From the NCBI GenBank assembly GCA_963818965.1, contig CAWFUG010000009.1, positions 320,001 through 384,000 of the forward strand: 64,000 nt of DNA, read 5' to 3'. Below, piece after piece: positions 43,033 through 52,268 of this stretch. Origin of the DNA: an uncultured Verrucomicrobiae bacterium. GTDB taxonomy: Bacteria; Chlamydiota; Chlamydiia; Chlamydiales; Rhabdochlamydiaceae. A program made the position numbers and the translations under genes. Below the pieces are notes generated by a model, which was not told where the DNA came from, searched no databases, and saw nothing but the letters and a program-made list of their open reading frames with translations. How positions within the stretch are numbered: the first letter of the stretch is position 1; every line of letters begins with the position of its first letter.

Positions 43033-43792
43033 AATTACCTTCTAGGCGTTCGTAGCAGGGGCAAGCGCTACCGTGATTGAATTGTAAAAAGTTCCAGGCT
43101 TCTCGGTTCAAAGGGTATAGAGGGTGCTCTGATTCTGTGTAAAGGGTGAAATGTGCATTATGACAAATTTCGCTGAGTTTTTGGCCGATTTTGAGATTAA
43201 TGTAGGAGTGGGGATGGGAGCAGAGTGGTTCCAGTCGCTCTTTGGCTAGCGGCTGGATCGTCTCATGGGAGAGCCATACACAGCGCTTGAGAATGATAAA
43301 GGCGTCAGAGAGGTAGCGCGGCTTGAGTGTTTCGATGGTGGCGTGGTGCTTTTGCGGGAGGTTTTTTAGAATAGTAAATGAAGCAGAGTTATACCCCGTC
43401 CGGTCAGGAATTGCGAATTTGAGCTGCGTGAAAGCTCCCGCGATTCCACGATCGAAAAGGGGGCCAGTATTGAGGAAATACAGGCCCCCTTTTCGATCGT
43501 GGAATCCCGGGGCTTTGACGCGCTCAAATTCGCAATTCCTGACCGGGCGGGGTATAAGTGCTGTGTCTGTTATTTTGTCAAATGCGATGAATCTCTCCTC
43601 TGGGTCGGAGATTTTTTGCAGTGTTGCTTTTTGGTCTGCCCAATAAGCATCTTCCGTGGAGGCGTGTGTGTGTTGCTGGGACAGGTAGCGTTGAGAAGAG
43701 GAAGGATCAGAGAGAAATGTGGTGGATAGAGGGTACATAGAGGAGTTCCAGTGGTTAAATACGACATCGTCACCACTTCCTATGGGCGCCAC
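42968..43792 (-). CDS. Hypothetical protein containing an in-frame palindromic insertion
   Basis: 274-aa ORF; start uncertain; 3' end overlaps rsmE. Confidence 0.45.
   Translation of the reverse strand: MAPIGSGDDVVFNHWNSSMYPLSTTFLSDPSSSQRYLSQQHTHASTEDAYWADQKATLQKISDPEERFIAFDKITDTALIPRPVRNCEFERVKAPGFHDRKGGLYFLNTGPLFDRGIAGAFTQLKFAIPDRTGYNSASFTILKNLPQKHHATIETLKPRYLSDAFIILKRCVWLSHETIQPLAKERLEPLCSHPHSYINLKIGQKLSEICHNAHFTLYTESEHPLYPLNREAWNFLQFNHGSACPCYERLEGNYATRPVLHRSAPREGEDLRDY
43390..43556. mobile_element. Full-length TATACC palindromic element (167 bp)
   Basis: 35-bp outer stem (1 mismatch), perfect 24-bp inner stem, GTATTGAGGAAATAC centre. Confidence 0.9.
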
Positions 43793-43929
43793 CGCCTCTC
43801 GCTTAAGGTTTCTAAAGGAATTCAGGCTTACGCCTTTACGTTTGGCGCGGAATAGATATTTTAATTTTTCCTAACATTGTGGCAAAATCCCAGGTGCTTC
43901 TTTCTTTTAGATAGAGCTTGGAGGATGTC

Positions 43930-46002
43930 ATGACAATGTCGACAAGCACAACGACTACAACCATAACAACATCGGTCTCGTTGGCTACCACCCAACAGGC
44001 CCTGTTTGGGACAGAGTCCGCACCTGCTTCTCCCGTCCGCGTTAAGCGAGAGGCTCCGCGATCGATCGGTCGCAGCAACACGGGGATTCTTCACCTGCCC
44101 CCTACGCTCATTCCAAAACCCTTACAAGAGGGTAAGGCCAAATCGAGCAGGGAACAATTAGGGGATCGGTCTTATCAGATCTCTGTCCGCAGAGCTTCGG
44201 GCGGAGAGCGGCATCCCCATGTCATTACTGTAGAGATCCCTATTTCTACCTTCCTTGATTTTATTCCGATTCCGGTCATTTCGCCGAAAAAGTGGAGGGA
44301 AGGTCTCTCTTGCACATTGGAACACGAGGCTCTCCAAAGCGATTTCTCATCAGATGAAAAAAAGAATATCATCCAGGGGCTATACAATAGATCTTTAGAA
44401 TATTCGAGTATCTTGCAGCGGATTCAGAAGACTATAGAGGCATTTGGTCGTGTGAAACGGTATGAGTTTTTAAAGCAATTTTCGCAAGAAACCAATCCTC
44501 TGCGTTTTTCTGAGCGCTATGGTAAGCTCTGCGAAAAATCGCGCTATCAAGGCGATGTATTATTCCACATTGCTGGAGCGGAACAGGCTCTTCACATCAT
44601 TCAGAGCGCAAGCGATCTTCAAGGGGAAGTCCTCAAGCGGAAGCTCGATATGGAATTTGATCGGATCGCATTTGTGGAGACGAAAAGAAAAAATCTATTG
44701 AATTCCTCCTTCGTATTTGAAAAAAAATTCGATGTAGAAAATCCCCAGATCATCCCTATCCCTATCTTTTTACTCGATTACAAGGAATTCGCTGAGACCT
44801 TTCGATCTTACTATTCCAAGGGCCCTTTTCCAGCGGATGCGCTCGTTATCAATGGTAAGAATATTCCCATCCCCAATTACGCCACTCTTCAAATAGAGGA
44901 GGAAAAGGGAGAAGAGTTTTTTCAGGAGTGGCTCATTGCGATCCTTCAACAAGAGCTCAACATTAAGGCAGCCCTGAGTGAAAGAGAGCAGATCGCCCTT
45001 TTTGCTTCCGAGGCGTCAGATGTGACTTTTTCTCCCAGGTCCTCCTCTGGCAAGGAAAAACGCAAGAAGAAGCAAGCAAAGCTTAAAAAATCAATCAAAG
45101 CCCATCTCGCGCAGGAATTCAAAACTCCCTGTGGGGATCTGTATTTTAAAATGACAGAATTTTTGACGAAATTAAGCAAAGAAAAGCAAACATTGGAATT
45201 TGCACAGCAGATGCTCCCTCATTCTTATTACCTCAGCAAATACCTTCGCTCCCACCCGGCATTTGCAGAAAAAAAGTGGGACGAAGTAGCAGATGAGCTC
45301 TATCGTATTTATTGCCGCACGCATCAGCTGCAGAAGAAATACCAAGAGATCCCTTTGTTGGCTCTTTTGAAATCGCTGTGTTATTCCGTTTTCGGGACAG
45401 CGGGTTGTCTCTTAGACGGGACTATATGCCCTAGTCTATCTATGCATGACGATGGGCTTGCTCCTCGACTCTGTGCGACCTATAGTAAGCCGAAAAAAGT
45501 TTCAGTGGTGCGCAAAGATGTGGAAGAGAATATTTCCGACTCGCTCGCCCTTCTCAAAGCATTTCCCTCTAGTGACAACGAGAACGATCTCAAATTCCGC
45601 GTTTACCAGCTGCAACACGATCATGCGTTCATCGGCTCTTATCGCGTTGAAATGGTCGGAAAGTTCTTTGAGGTAACGCACATTAAGGCATTTGATATCC
45701 TCCGTGTGGAAACGAGCAAGGAACCAGAAGAAACACCTGTTGCCAGTGGGGCGTCGAGTGAAAAAAAGGAAGAGAACAAAAAGAAGGCGCACTGTTTCGT
45801 GCATTGGGTGATAAAAGGGGAGCTCGGCTCGATCGACCATTCAGCGGAAATGCGCTTTGCCGATTTCGTCTTTCCTGCCGATTGTCTTTACCCAGAGCGC
45901 AAAATCATCATGGACAAATTTCACTTGGAGTGGCGCACGTGTCCTTGGGGGCATTATTTGAAACGGAATGATATAGTAGCTTCTCCTTCAGGCTCTCTTT
46001 GA
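43930..46002 (+). CDS. Hypothetical protein with Thr/Ser-rich N-terminus (effector-like)
   Basis: About 690-aa ORF; no family recognised. Confidence 0.7.
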   Translation: MTMSTSTTTTTITTSVSLATTQQALFGTESAPASPVRVKREAPRSIGRSNTGILHLPPTLIPKPLQEGKAKSSREQLGDRSYQISVRRASGGERHPHVITVEIPISTFLDFIPIPVISPKKWREGLSCTLEHEALQSDFSSDEKKNIIQGLYNRSLEYSSILQRIQKTIEAFGRVKRYEFLKQFSQETNPLRFSERYGKLCEKSRYQGDVLFHIAGAEQALHIIQSASDLQGEVLKRKLDMEFDRIAFVETKRKNLLNSSFVFEKKFDVENPQIIPIPIFLLDYKEFAETFRSYYSKGPFPADALVINGKNIPIPNYATLQIEEEKGEEFFQEWLIAILQQELNIKAALSEREQIALFASEASDVTFSPRSSSGKEKRKKKQAKLKKSIKAHLAQEFKTPCGDLYFKMTEFLTKLSKEKQTLEFAQQMLPHSYYLSKYLRSHPAFAEKKWDEVADELYRIYCRTHQLQKKYQEIPLLALLKSLCYSVFGTAGCLLDGTICPSLSMHDDGLAPRLCATYSKPKKVSVVRKDVEENISDSLALLKAFPSSDNENDLKFRVYQLQHDHAFIGSYRVEMVGKFFEVTHIKAFDILRVETSKEPEETPVASGASSEKKEENKKKAHCFVHWVIKGELGSIDHSAEMRFADFVFPADCLYPERKIIMDKFHLEWRTCPWGHYLKRNDIVASPSGSL

Positions 46003-47197
46003 ACGACTTACCCTCTTGCAATAATTCAGATAGAGTTGCGACGTCGAAGGTCGCAAGCTTCTTAAAGTGGGTTTGTAGTGCAGGTAGCGGCAAAAAATCA
46101 AACAGAAGCTTGAAGCGGTAGTCGCGCTGAAAGAGATCTTTCTCTATCCCATAGGGGATAACTTCAGCTTCTTCTACCTGTACAGCATCTTCTGATCCCT
46201 TGGGGACATAAAAGGTTAAGAATTCCGTCGGATAGATCTCTCGGAATACAGAGAGTTCTGCAAACCAAGGAGCTCTTTGGGGTAAGACGATCAGGATCGA
46301 CTCGTGGCGGAACCGTTTTTTGAGACGCCCAGGCGTCTGCTGTTTCCAGCGGTTATGGGAAAAGAGCCATTGCCCCGGATTTTTTTGGATGCTCTTTTCG
46401 AGCTCTAAAAGAGAGGCGCGCATCATCCGATCGACCTCTTGGTCGAGAGGTTGATCGCTCTTTGGCCAAATCGGATCGGAATAGTGGATGATGTATTTTC
46501 CCTTCTCTCTTCGCGTCGTAGCGACCATGATCGGAGCACCTGTACGATGGGAGAGAATGGCAGCCATAGGCGAGGTCCAGGCACGCTTTCCGAGAAAGGG
46601 GGAGCTGTAGCCGCTATCGGGCATCCCTTGATCCCCGACGATTCCTAAAAAAGCACCCCGCTTGAGCCCTCGAAGACCTTCTCTAATCGCATTCTTAGGT
46701 GCGATGATCTTGCCTCCATACTTCTGCCTAATCGAGAGAATCCAAGAATAGAGCAGAGAATTAGCCACCGGGCGACCGATAGCCACTCCCGGCATCCGCT
46801 TTGTCCCCTCTAAAAAGAGCACTTCCCAATTGGCTTGGTGTCCACAGAAGAAGATGATCGGCTTACCCTGGCGCATCAGCTCATCAGCACATTCGGGATT
46901 TTCACAATGAGCCACCCGGTGGATCTCTTTTTCTGAGGCGAACTTCGCATACTCGAGGCAAGTGATCATGAGATTCTGTAACGACGCCTTCGCTAGTCTA
47001 ATGAGTTCTTTTTCCGATAGGGCAAGCGTAGAGGCGAGACTCAGATTGCTGAGCGTGCGCTTGCGGTACTTGGGAAAAAGAAAATAGAGGAGCAGTCCCA
47101 ACTGATTCCCTAACCGATGGATTGCAGAATAGGGAAGCCAGCGGAGCGGCCACGTAAACAGGAGGATGAGAGTAAAAGAAATTCTATGCACTAACAT
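45908..47197 (-). CDS. htrB: Lipid A biosynthesis lauroyl acyltransferase
   Basis: GHQANWE, VGDQ, PGQWLFSHNRWK; synteny with ybbR-dacA-cydAB. Confidence 0.88.
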   Translation of the reverse strand: MLVHRISFTLILLFTWPLRWLPYSAIHRLGNQLGLLLYFLFPKYRKRTLSNLSLASTLALSEKELIRLAKASLQNLMITCLEYAKFASEKEIHRVAHCENPECADELMRQGKPIIFFCGHQANWEVLFLEGTKRMPGVAIGRPVANSLLYSWILSIRQKYGGKIIAPKNAIREGLRGLKRGAFLGIVGDQGMPDSGYSSPFLGKRAWTSPMAAILSHRTGAPIMVATTRREKGKYIIHYSDPIWPKSDQPLDQEVDRMMRASLLELEKSIQKNPGQWLFSHNRWKQQTPGRLKKRFRHESILIVLPQRAPWFAELSVFREIYPTEFLTFYVPKGSEDAVQVEEAEVIPYGIEKDLFQRDYRFKLLFDFLPLPALQTHFKKLATFDVATLSELLQEGKSFKESLKEKLLYHSVSNNAPKDTCATPSEICP

Positions 47198-47277
47198 ATG
47201 GATACTAGAATACCAGGAGGGGGAATTTTGTGGCCTAGGATTGTTCAGATAGGGATGTTATTGCATAAATAGCTGAA

Positions 47278-47377
47278 TTTCACCACAGAGAGGAAAAACC
47301 ACAGAGAGGGGAAACCACAGAGAGGGAATTTTTTAATATGAATTTCCTCTCTGTGGTTTCCCCTCTCTGTGGAGAAA
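47278..47377. repeat. CCACAGAGAG palindromic element (3+2 units)
   Basis: Three 16-bp units followed by two inverted units. Confidence 0.9.
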
Positions 47378-47482
47378 GTGCATTTATTCAAAATGGAATG
47401 ATGGGAAACTAGATTAGGTCTTCATGGCAAAAGCTCTTGAGAATAAAGGAACTGGGAAGGTAGACTCTGCGTCTTTAAAAAT

Positions 47483-47648
47483 TATACCACGCGCGCTTGA
47501 GGATGATGCATTTGAGCGCGTCAAAGCCCCGGGGTTCGACGATCGGAAATGGAGGTAGTATTGATGAAATACAACCCCCATTTCCGATCGTCGAACCGAG
47601 GGAGCTTTCACGCACTCAAATGCATCATCCTCAAGCGCGCGGGGTATA
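47483..47648. mobile_element. Full-length TATACC palindromic element (166 bp)
   Basis: About 35-bp outer stem, 24-bp inner stem, GTATTGATGAAATAC centre. Confidence 0.9.
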
Positions 47649-47665
47649 ACAATGGGATTTATTTT

Positions 47666-48604
47666 ATGTTTAAAGCAGATGGTTGCGCACCCGGTCGTTC
47701 CTCTCCGCCTCATTATCCGCCCCCTTTTCCCCCTAGTGATCTTTCCAGGTCCAATGCGCGCTTAACGCAAGATGCGTTTGCCGAGGAGTTGGAAAGCGCG
47801 CTTTTGCAATTGCAAAATAAACTAGACGCGGTTTTTTCAGAAAAAACACCGGACACTCTTAAGGGTTTTATCTATGTCCCGCCCCAGCCAGAGTATAGAG
47901 AGGCTTTAGAGTCGCGCCGTTCCTGGAGTATTCTGTATCCTCTTTTTTGCGGATTTCCCCTTTCTCAGCTGAAGACACTCGCTTTAGTCAACCAGAACTG
48001 GAATCTCTGTGCGAGGAAAGTAGTGGGGGAGCAGATGCGGGAAGAGGGCGCCTATTTTTTAAAAGAGGTTGCAACCTATTTGAAACGGTTTGAGGGGGAG
48101 TATTTCGACTACAAAAAGGATCAGCTCGAAGACTTTAGAGAGGAATATACAGAAAAGGTAGAGTGGGCCGAGTATTACCCCCTCGCATCACAAGCGAAGT
48201 TGATCGATCTCATCGCCTGTGAGTTCTCTAAAATATTTGAATTTGAGGAAGTGCAGATACTCCAATACAACACCGCTGAAAGTCCCTTTACCGATCGCTT
48301 TTTTCAATTGTACAACCGCTGTGGAGAGATCTTAGACATCGTCATTAGCGGAGACAAAAGGACAAAATTTTTTAAGCTCAACCAGCATGTTCATGTGCTA
48401 TTGCGAGAAAAGTATTTTGATTTGGCGATGATTACAGCGCAACATATCCCCGAGTGTGGTGTGGTCGATTTGAGTAGACCTGATCGGCCTTATTATGATC
48501 CGAAAAAGGAACTCATAGAACGCGTGCGGCACGAAGCGGCAGCAGAAGGGGTAATCATAAAAGCTAAACCAGTCGTTAATTCAAGAGCTGGAATAACCGC
48601 TTAA
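47666..48604 (+). CDS. Hypothetical protein with F-box-like motif
   Basis: ILYPLFCGFPLSQLKTLALVNQNWN; Pro/Ser-rich N-terminus. Confidence 0.6.
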   Translation: MFKADGCAPGRSSPPHYPPPFPPSDLSRSNARLTQDAFAEELESALLQLQNKLDAVFSEKTPDTLKGFIYVPPQPEYREALESRRSWSILYPLFCGFPLSQLKTLALVNQNWNLCARKVVGEQMREEGAYFLKEVATYLKRFEGEYFDYKKDQLEDFREEYTEKVEWAEYYPLASQAKLIDLIACEFSKIFEFEEVQILQYNTAESPFTDRFFQLYNRCGEILDIVISGDKRTKFFKLNQHVHVLLREKYFDLAMITAQHIPECGVVDLSRPDRPYYDPKKELIERVRHEAAAEGVIIKAKPVVNSRAGITA

Positions 48605-49728
48605 GCGCGCAAGGTCAGATCGACGATCTTTTTCAGTTGAAGGGAAAAGTCGAGATGGCGGGATGCGGCGCGGATCGCGCGGCTGCTCGCGACGGTTTTG
48701 CGCTTCTCGAACGTTTGGCGTAAGAGGGCAGCGAACTGGGAGGTGTCGTCGAGATCGGGGATGACGCAACCTGTCTCAGGGGTCAGGACTTCTTTCCCCC
48801 CGTTGTGCGCGGAAGAGAGGACGAAGAGGCCCATGCTCAATGCTTCGACGGTGACGTTGGCGAAGGGATCGTAGAGCGAGGGAATGATGAGCGTATCTGC
48901 CATCTGGTAAAACAGAAGAGAGGAAGGCTGGGGGCCGAGAAAAGAGACTTTTTGACTCAAGCCCCGCCGCTCTGCGCCCCTCTCAAAGTATCTGAGATTC
49001 TTTTCCTTTCCAACCACACTCAGGTGAAAATCTTCCCCTTGCAGTAATGCTAAAGCGTTCAGCAGTTTTTCTAGTCCTTTTCTTTGGTAGTTATGACCGA
49101 TGAAGAGCAGTTCATGGGTTGTCTTGCGCGGACAGAGTCTCTCTTTTTCCTCCTCCCAACGATCGAACGCCCCTTGTTTTTCCATCCATTCGACTCCATT
49201 GTGCACGACGGCAATTTTTTCAGGATCGATCGCATACTGGTTTAAAATCTCTTCCTTGACCATCTGAGAATTGGTGAAGAGCACTTTGAGCGCCGGATGT
49301 TCGAATGTCTTTTTTTCGAGGCGTAAAATAGCGCTGTGGAGAGGATTAAAGGCAAAGCTCTGCTTTTTCCACCACCCTTCTTCTTGAGCACGCCTTTTAA
49401 GGTAGGCGGCGTGGGAGCCATTGCCGGCGCGGTGGTGGGTTTGGAACCGGCACCGATCGAGGCTGAAGACGATCGACGTCGGGTGTTTTTGGAGATAGGC
49501 GTGACAGGCGCGGTCGAAATGGAGGAGGTTGAATACACTCAAGGCGTGGGCGATGGAAAAGGAATGGATCCTCAGAGCAGGGTGCTCGAAGGGGGGCGTA
49601 GGGGAACCTGTTGTGAGAAGCGTTACCTCTGCATTTTCCTGACAAAAACGCTCTGCGATTTGCCAGGTGTATTTCTCGAGACCCCCAATCCGATTTAAAT
49701 TGCTCTTGATGAGTATGATTTTAAGCAT
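48601..49728 (-). CDS. GT4 glycosyltransferase (RfaG/WaaG-like)
   Basis: GGLEKY, RKGLE, PSLYDPFANVTVEAL. Confidence 0.88.
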   Translation of the reverse strand: MLKIILIKSNLNRIGGLEKYTWQIAERFCQENAEVTLLTTGSPTPPFEHPALRIHSFSIAHALSVFNLLHFDRACHAYLQKHPTSIVFSLDRCRFQTHHRAGNGSHAAYLKRRAQEEGWWKKQSFAFNPLHSAILRLEKKTFEHPALKVLFTNSQMVKEEILNQYAIDPEKIAVVHNGVEWMEKQGAFDRWEEEKERLCPRKTTHELLFIGHNYQRKGLEKLLNALALLQGEDFHLSVVGKEKNLRYFERGAERRGLSQKVSFLGPQPSSLLFYQMADTLIIPSLYDPFANVTVEALSMGLFVLSSAHNGGKEVLTPETGCVIPDLDDTSQFAALLRQTFEKRKTVASSRAIRAASRHLDFSLQLKKIVDLTLRA

Positions 49729-49750
49729 GAACCTTGATTCTTTTTGAATA

Positions 49751-49837
49751 TATACCCCGCGCGCTTGAGGATGGTGCATTTGAACCGCGGGGCTTTCACG
49801 CGGCTCAAATGCACCATCCTCAAGCGCGCGGGGTATA
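49751..49837. mobile_element. TATACC palindromic element (87 bp)
   Basis: Outer arms near-identical to the 10614 copy. Confidence 0.88.
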
Positions 49838-49848
49838 ACATTATTCGT

Positions 49849-49925
49849 TTTCACCATAGAGGGGAGAAACCACAGAGAGAGAATGAAAAAATATCTCTCT
49901 GTGGTTTCTCCTCTCTGTGGTGAAA
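49849..49925. repeat. CCACAGAGAG palindromic element
   Basis: 2+2 inverted units, 11 bp from the TATACC element. Confidence 0.85.
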
Positions 49926-51191
49926 TTAAGGCTCTGGGGTCGACAGAGTAGCGGGTTTCTCGACTTGAATCTGGTCCCCATTTAACGAGATAGCGAGATC
50001 GAACTTAGTCTCATCCGATTCGAAGAGTTGGAAGCGGTTCATGTAACTGCGGAAGCGGTTGCGGAGGTATTCCTCTCGCAATGTCGGTTGCATGAGGCGG
50101 ATATCATTGTCAGAGACATCAGACATAAGGATGGAGACATACTTGTCTTCGAGTAATCGGGGATCGACGAATTGGACACTCCAGTCGAGGAATTTACGGT
50201 CGGTGCGAGGGGAGACGATGATGAGGATCTCGATCATGTCTCGCACCGTTTCTAAAAAGAGGGAATCGACCCCATTGGCATACAGGCGGGATTGAATCAA
50301 AAAAGCGCCGTTCAAGGGTTTCAATAGGGGGCTTGGCGCCATGCGCACAGTATCTGGGTTCAATTTCTGCAAATTCTGCGGAGGGAAGAACAAAGAGATA
50401 GGGATCATCGCATTCAAGGGAAGCTGATTGTAGCGGATGAAATCGATGCGCAGCCCCTTGGCCTGAGGGTCATCGATCTCGATCGGTTGATCAGAGAGGA
50501 TGGGGATATTGATCTGCTTCCACTGGTCAGGGACGAAAAAGCTCACGACATCGGAATTAGTCCCCGTAGTTTTTCGAGAAATGGCATCCAACTCCGCTTT
50601 AGGGATGTCGCTCAGATTGAACGTCACGCGCTGCTCTTTCGTCTTGAGCCGCTTGATCACCTCTTCTGGTCCGCTCACGCTCATAGTGAGTCGATAAGGC
50701 CAAACATCTAAGAACTGGTAGCCCCGCGGCGGTTCTCCGATCGGTTGTGTGATGACGATGGGGATTTGATCTGTGGTGAGCTTCGTCATGCGCACGATGA
50801 AATTGGGATGGTAAACCCGAGAAATTCCCTGGTTGATGTCGATCTCTGGGTTTAATGAGACTAGATTCTTCTTAGAGACGACGACGATCCATTCGCCCGA
50901 TTTATCGGCTGCATCCACCGTAATCTCGAGATCGGAAGAGGTGATCTCGTCGATGACAGCGCGATTGCCGACGAGAGTGAGCGTCAATTTCTTAGCGAGT
51001 TTGCCGTTGGGCTGCATCCCCTCTACCGTTTTCCCGGCGGGTAAGTTGATGATCCGGATGGGGACATTGCTGACATTTCGAGTGCTCGTGAGCGTGTGAT
51101 TGACGACGAGCCACGTGATGATCGCTAGGATAATCGCAACCAATTTTCTCGGCCAATGTTCGACGAACAGTTTTAGAATGAGACTTTTCAT
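49926..51191 (-). CDS. ybbR: YbbR/CdaR-like diadenylate cyclase regulator
   Basis: HWPRKLVAIILAIITW TM; ATGA overlap with dacA. Confidence 0.8.
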   Translation of the reverse strand: MKSLILKLFVEHWPRKLVAIILAIITWLVVNHTLTSTRNVSNVPIRIINLPAGKTVEGMQPNGKLAKKLTLTLVGNRAVIDEITSSDLEITVDAADKSGEWIVVVSKKNLVSLNPEIDINQGISRVYHPNFIVRMTKLTTDQIPIVITQPIGEPPRGYQFLDVWPYRLTMSVSGPEEVIKRLKTKEQRVTFNLSDIPKAELDAISRKTTGTNSDVVSFFVPDQWKQINIPILSDQPIEIDDPQAKGLRIDFIRYNQLPLNAMIPISLFFPPQNLQKLNPDTVRMAPSPLLKPLNGAFLIQSRLYANGVDSLFLETVRDMIEILIIVSPRTDRKFLDWSVQFVDPRLLEDKYVSILMSDVSDNDIRLMQPTLREEYLRNRFRSYMNRFQLFESDETKFDLAISLNGDQIQVEKPATLSTPEP

Positions 51192-51988
51192 TGGCGGAGC
51201 CACTCCCTCAAATTGAATTTTCTCTTAAAGTCTGCGTTTGATGGGGGGGTGAAAACACTACGGATGATCCCTTTGAAGCGATCGATTTTCACGCCTGGGG
51301 TCATGACCCCATCTCTGGAGATGGAGACCCGTCCTGTCTCTTCTGAAATCACGATGATGAGCGCATCGGTTAGCTGCGAAGCCCCGAGCCCTGCGCGGTG
51401 ACGCGTTCCCATCGAACGGGTGAGCTGGGAGTTGTCTTCAGAAAGAGGGAGGATCACAGCCGCAGCTACGATCGTCGTATCTCGGATGATCACAGCCCCA
51501 TCGTGTAGAGGCGTTGTCGTCGCGAAGATAGACTCGAGCAGCTCTGAGGAGAAGTTCGCGTTTAAAATCACCGCTTTGCGCGCCATCTCGTCGAGATTGT
51601 CTTCATTTTCCAAGACGATCAGAGCGCCGAGTCGCTTTTCCGCCATCCGGTAGGTCGAGTTCGCCAGATGGTCTAAAAATTTATCGAATTCCGTCATCTC
51701 TCTATAACGACGCCCTTTTAAACTCAATTTCGAGAGGGCGACGCGCAGCTCTGGCTGGAAGATGATCAAGATCCCGATTACAGCGACATTTCCGATGAGG
51801 AGCATGATCTTATGCAAAATCGGCAAGTTGAGCCAAGAGGAGACAGCGAAGATGAACAAGAAAGCGAGCATCCCCAAGACGAGGTCCATAGAGCGGGTAT
51901 TCCAGAAAAAAGAAAGGAGATAATTGAGCATCACGGCGATGATGACAATCTCAATCAGAGGAACAAACCCATGGAAGATAGGACTCAT
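51188..51988 (-). CDS. dacA: Diadenylate cyclase
   Basis: Three TM segments; IFQPELR, PLHDGA, GTRHRA, ISEETG. Confidence 0.93.
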   Translation of the reverse strand: MSPIFHGFVPLIEIVIIAVMLNYLLSFFWNTRSMDLVLGMLAFLFIFAVSSWLNLPILHKIMLLIGNVAVIGILIIFQPELRVALSKLSLKGRRYREMTEFDKFLDHLANSTYRMAEKRLGALIVLENEDNLDEMARKAVILNANFSSELLESIFATTTPLHDGAVIIRDTTIVAAAVILPLSEDNSQLTRSMGTRHRAGLGASQLTDALIIVISEETGRVSISRDGVMTPGVKIDRFKGIIRSVFTPPSNADFKRKFNLREWLRQ

Positions 51989-52039
51989 TTTTATACCCTT
52001 GCAGCGAGCTTGATAATAGCAGACGAATTTTTTTGAGTA

Positions 52040-52106
52040 TATACCCAAGTGGACTCAAAAGTTAGCCGTAGGGCCGCTTGATAAGCTCCCGCAAGGGGAT
52101 GGTATA
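52040..52106. repeat. Partial TATACC element
   Basis: TATACCCAAGTGGACTCAAAAGTTAGCCGTAGG...AAGCTCCCG...GGTATA. Confidence 0.75.
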
Positions 52107-52194
52107 ACCACAGAGAGGGGAAACCACAGAGAGAAAAAAATCCTCTCTGTGGTTTCCCCTCTCTGTGGTTATTTTCTCTTTGTGCAACAACGGC
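52105..52194. repeat. CCACAGAGAG palindromic element (left flank replaced)
   Basis: 2+2 units plus GCAACAACGGC right flank. Confidence 0.85.
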
Positions 52195-52268
52195 GGAAGA
52201 CACGGTTATTGACAATTTATTTGAGCGGAGTAGGATTAGAAGGAAATTAAAAACTTAAGGGCGCTGTT

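Noticed and set aside
47278..47377. CCACAGAGAG repeats as a CRISPR array
   Set aside because: 16-bp period, no unique spacers, inverted arrangement, no cas genes.
49729..49857. N-terminal extensions of the glycosyltransferase, galE (24695) and ORF 47549
   Set aside because: They are read-through of repeat elements; better starts lie downstream.
51992..52041. TATACCC at 51992 (and 57437) as extra elements
   Set aside because: No complementary arm; they coincide with likely ribosome-binding sites of dacA and abiEi.
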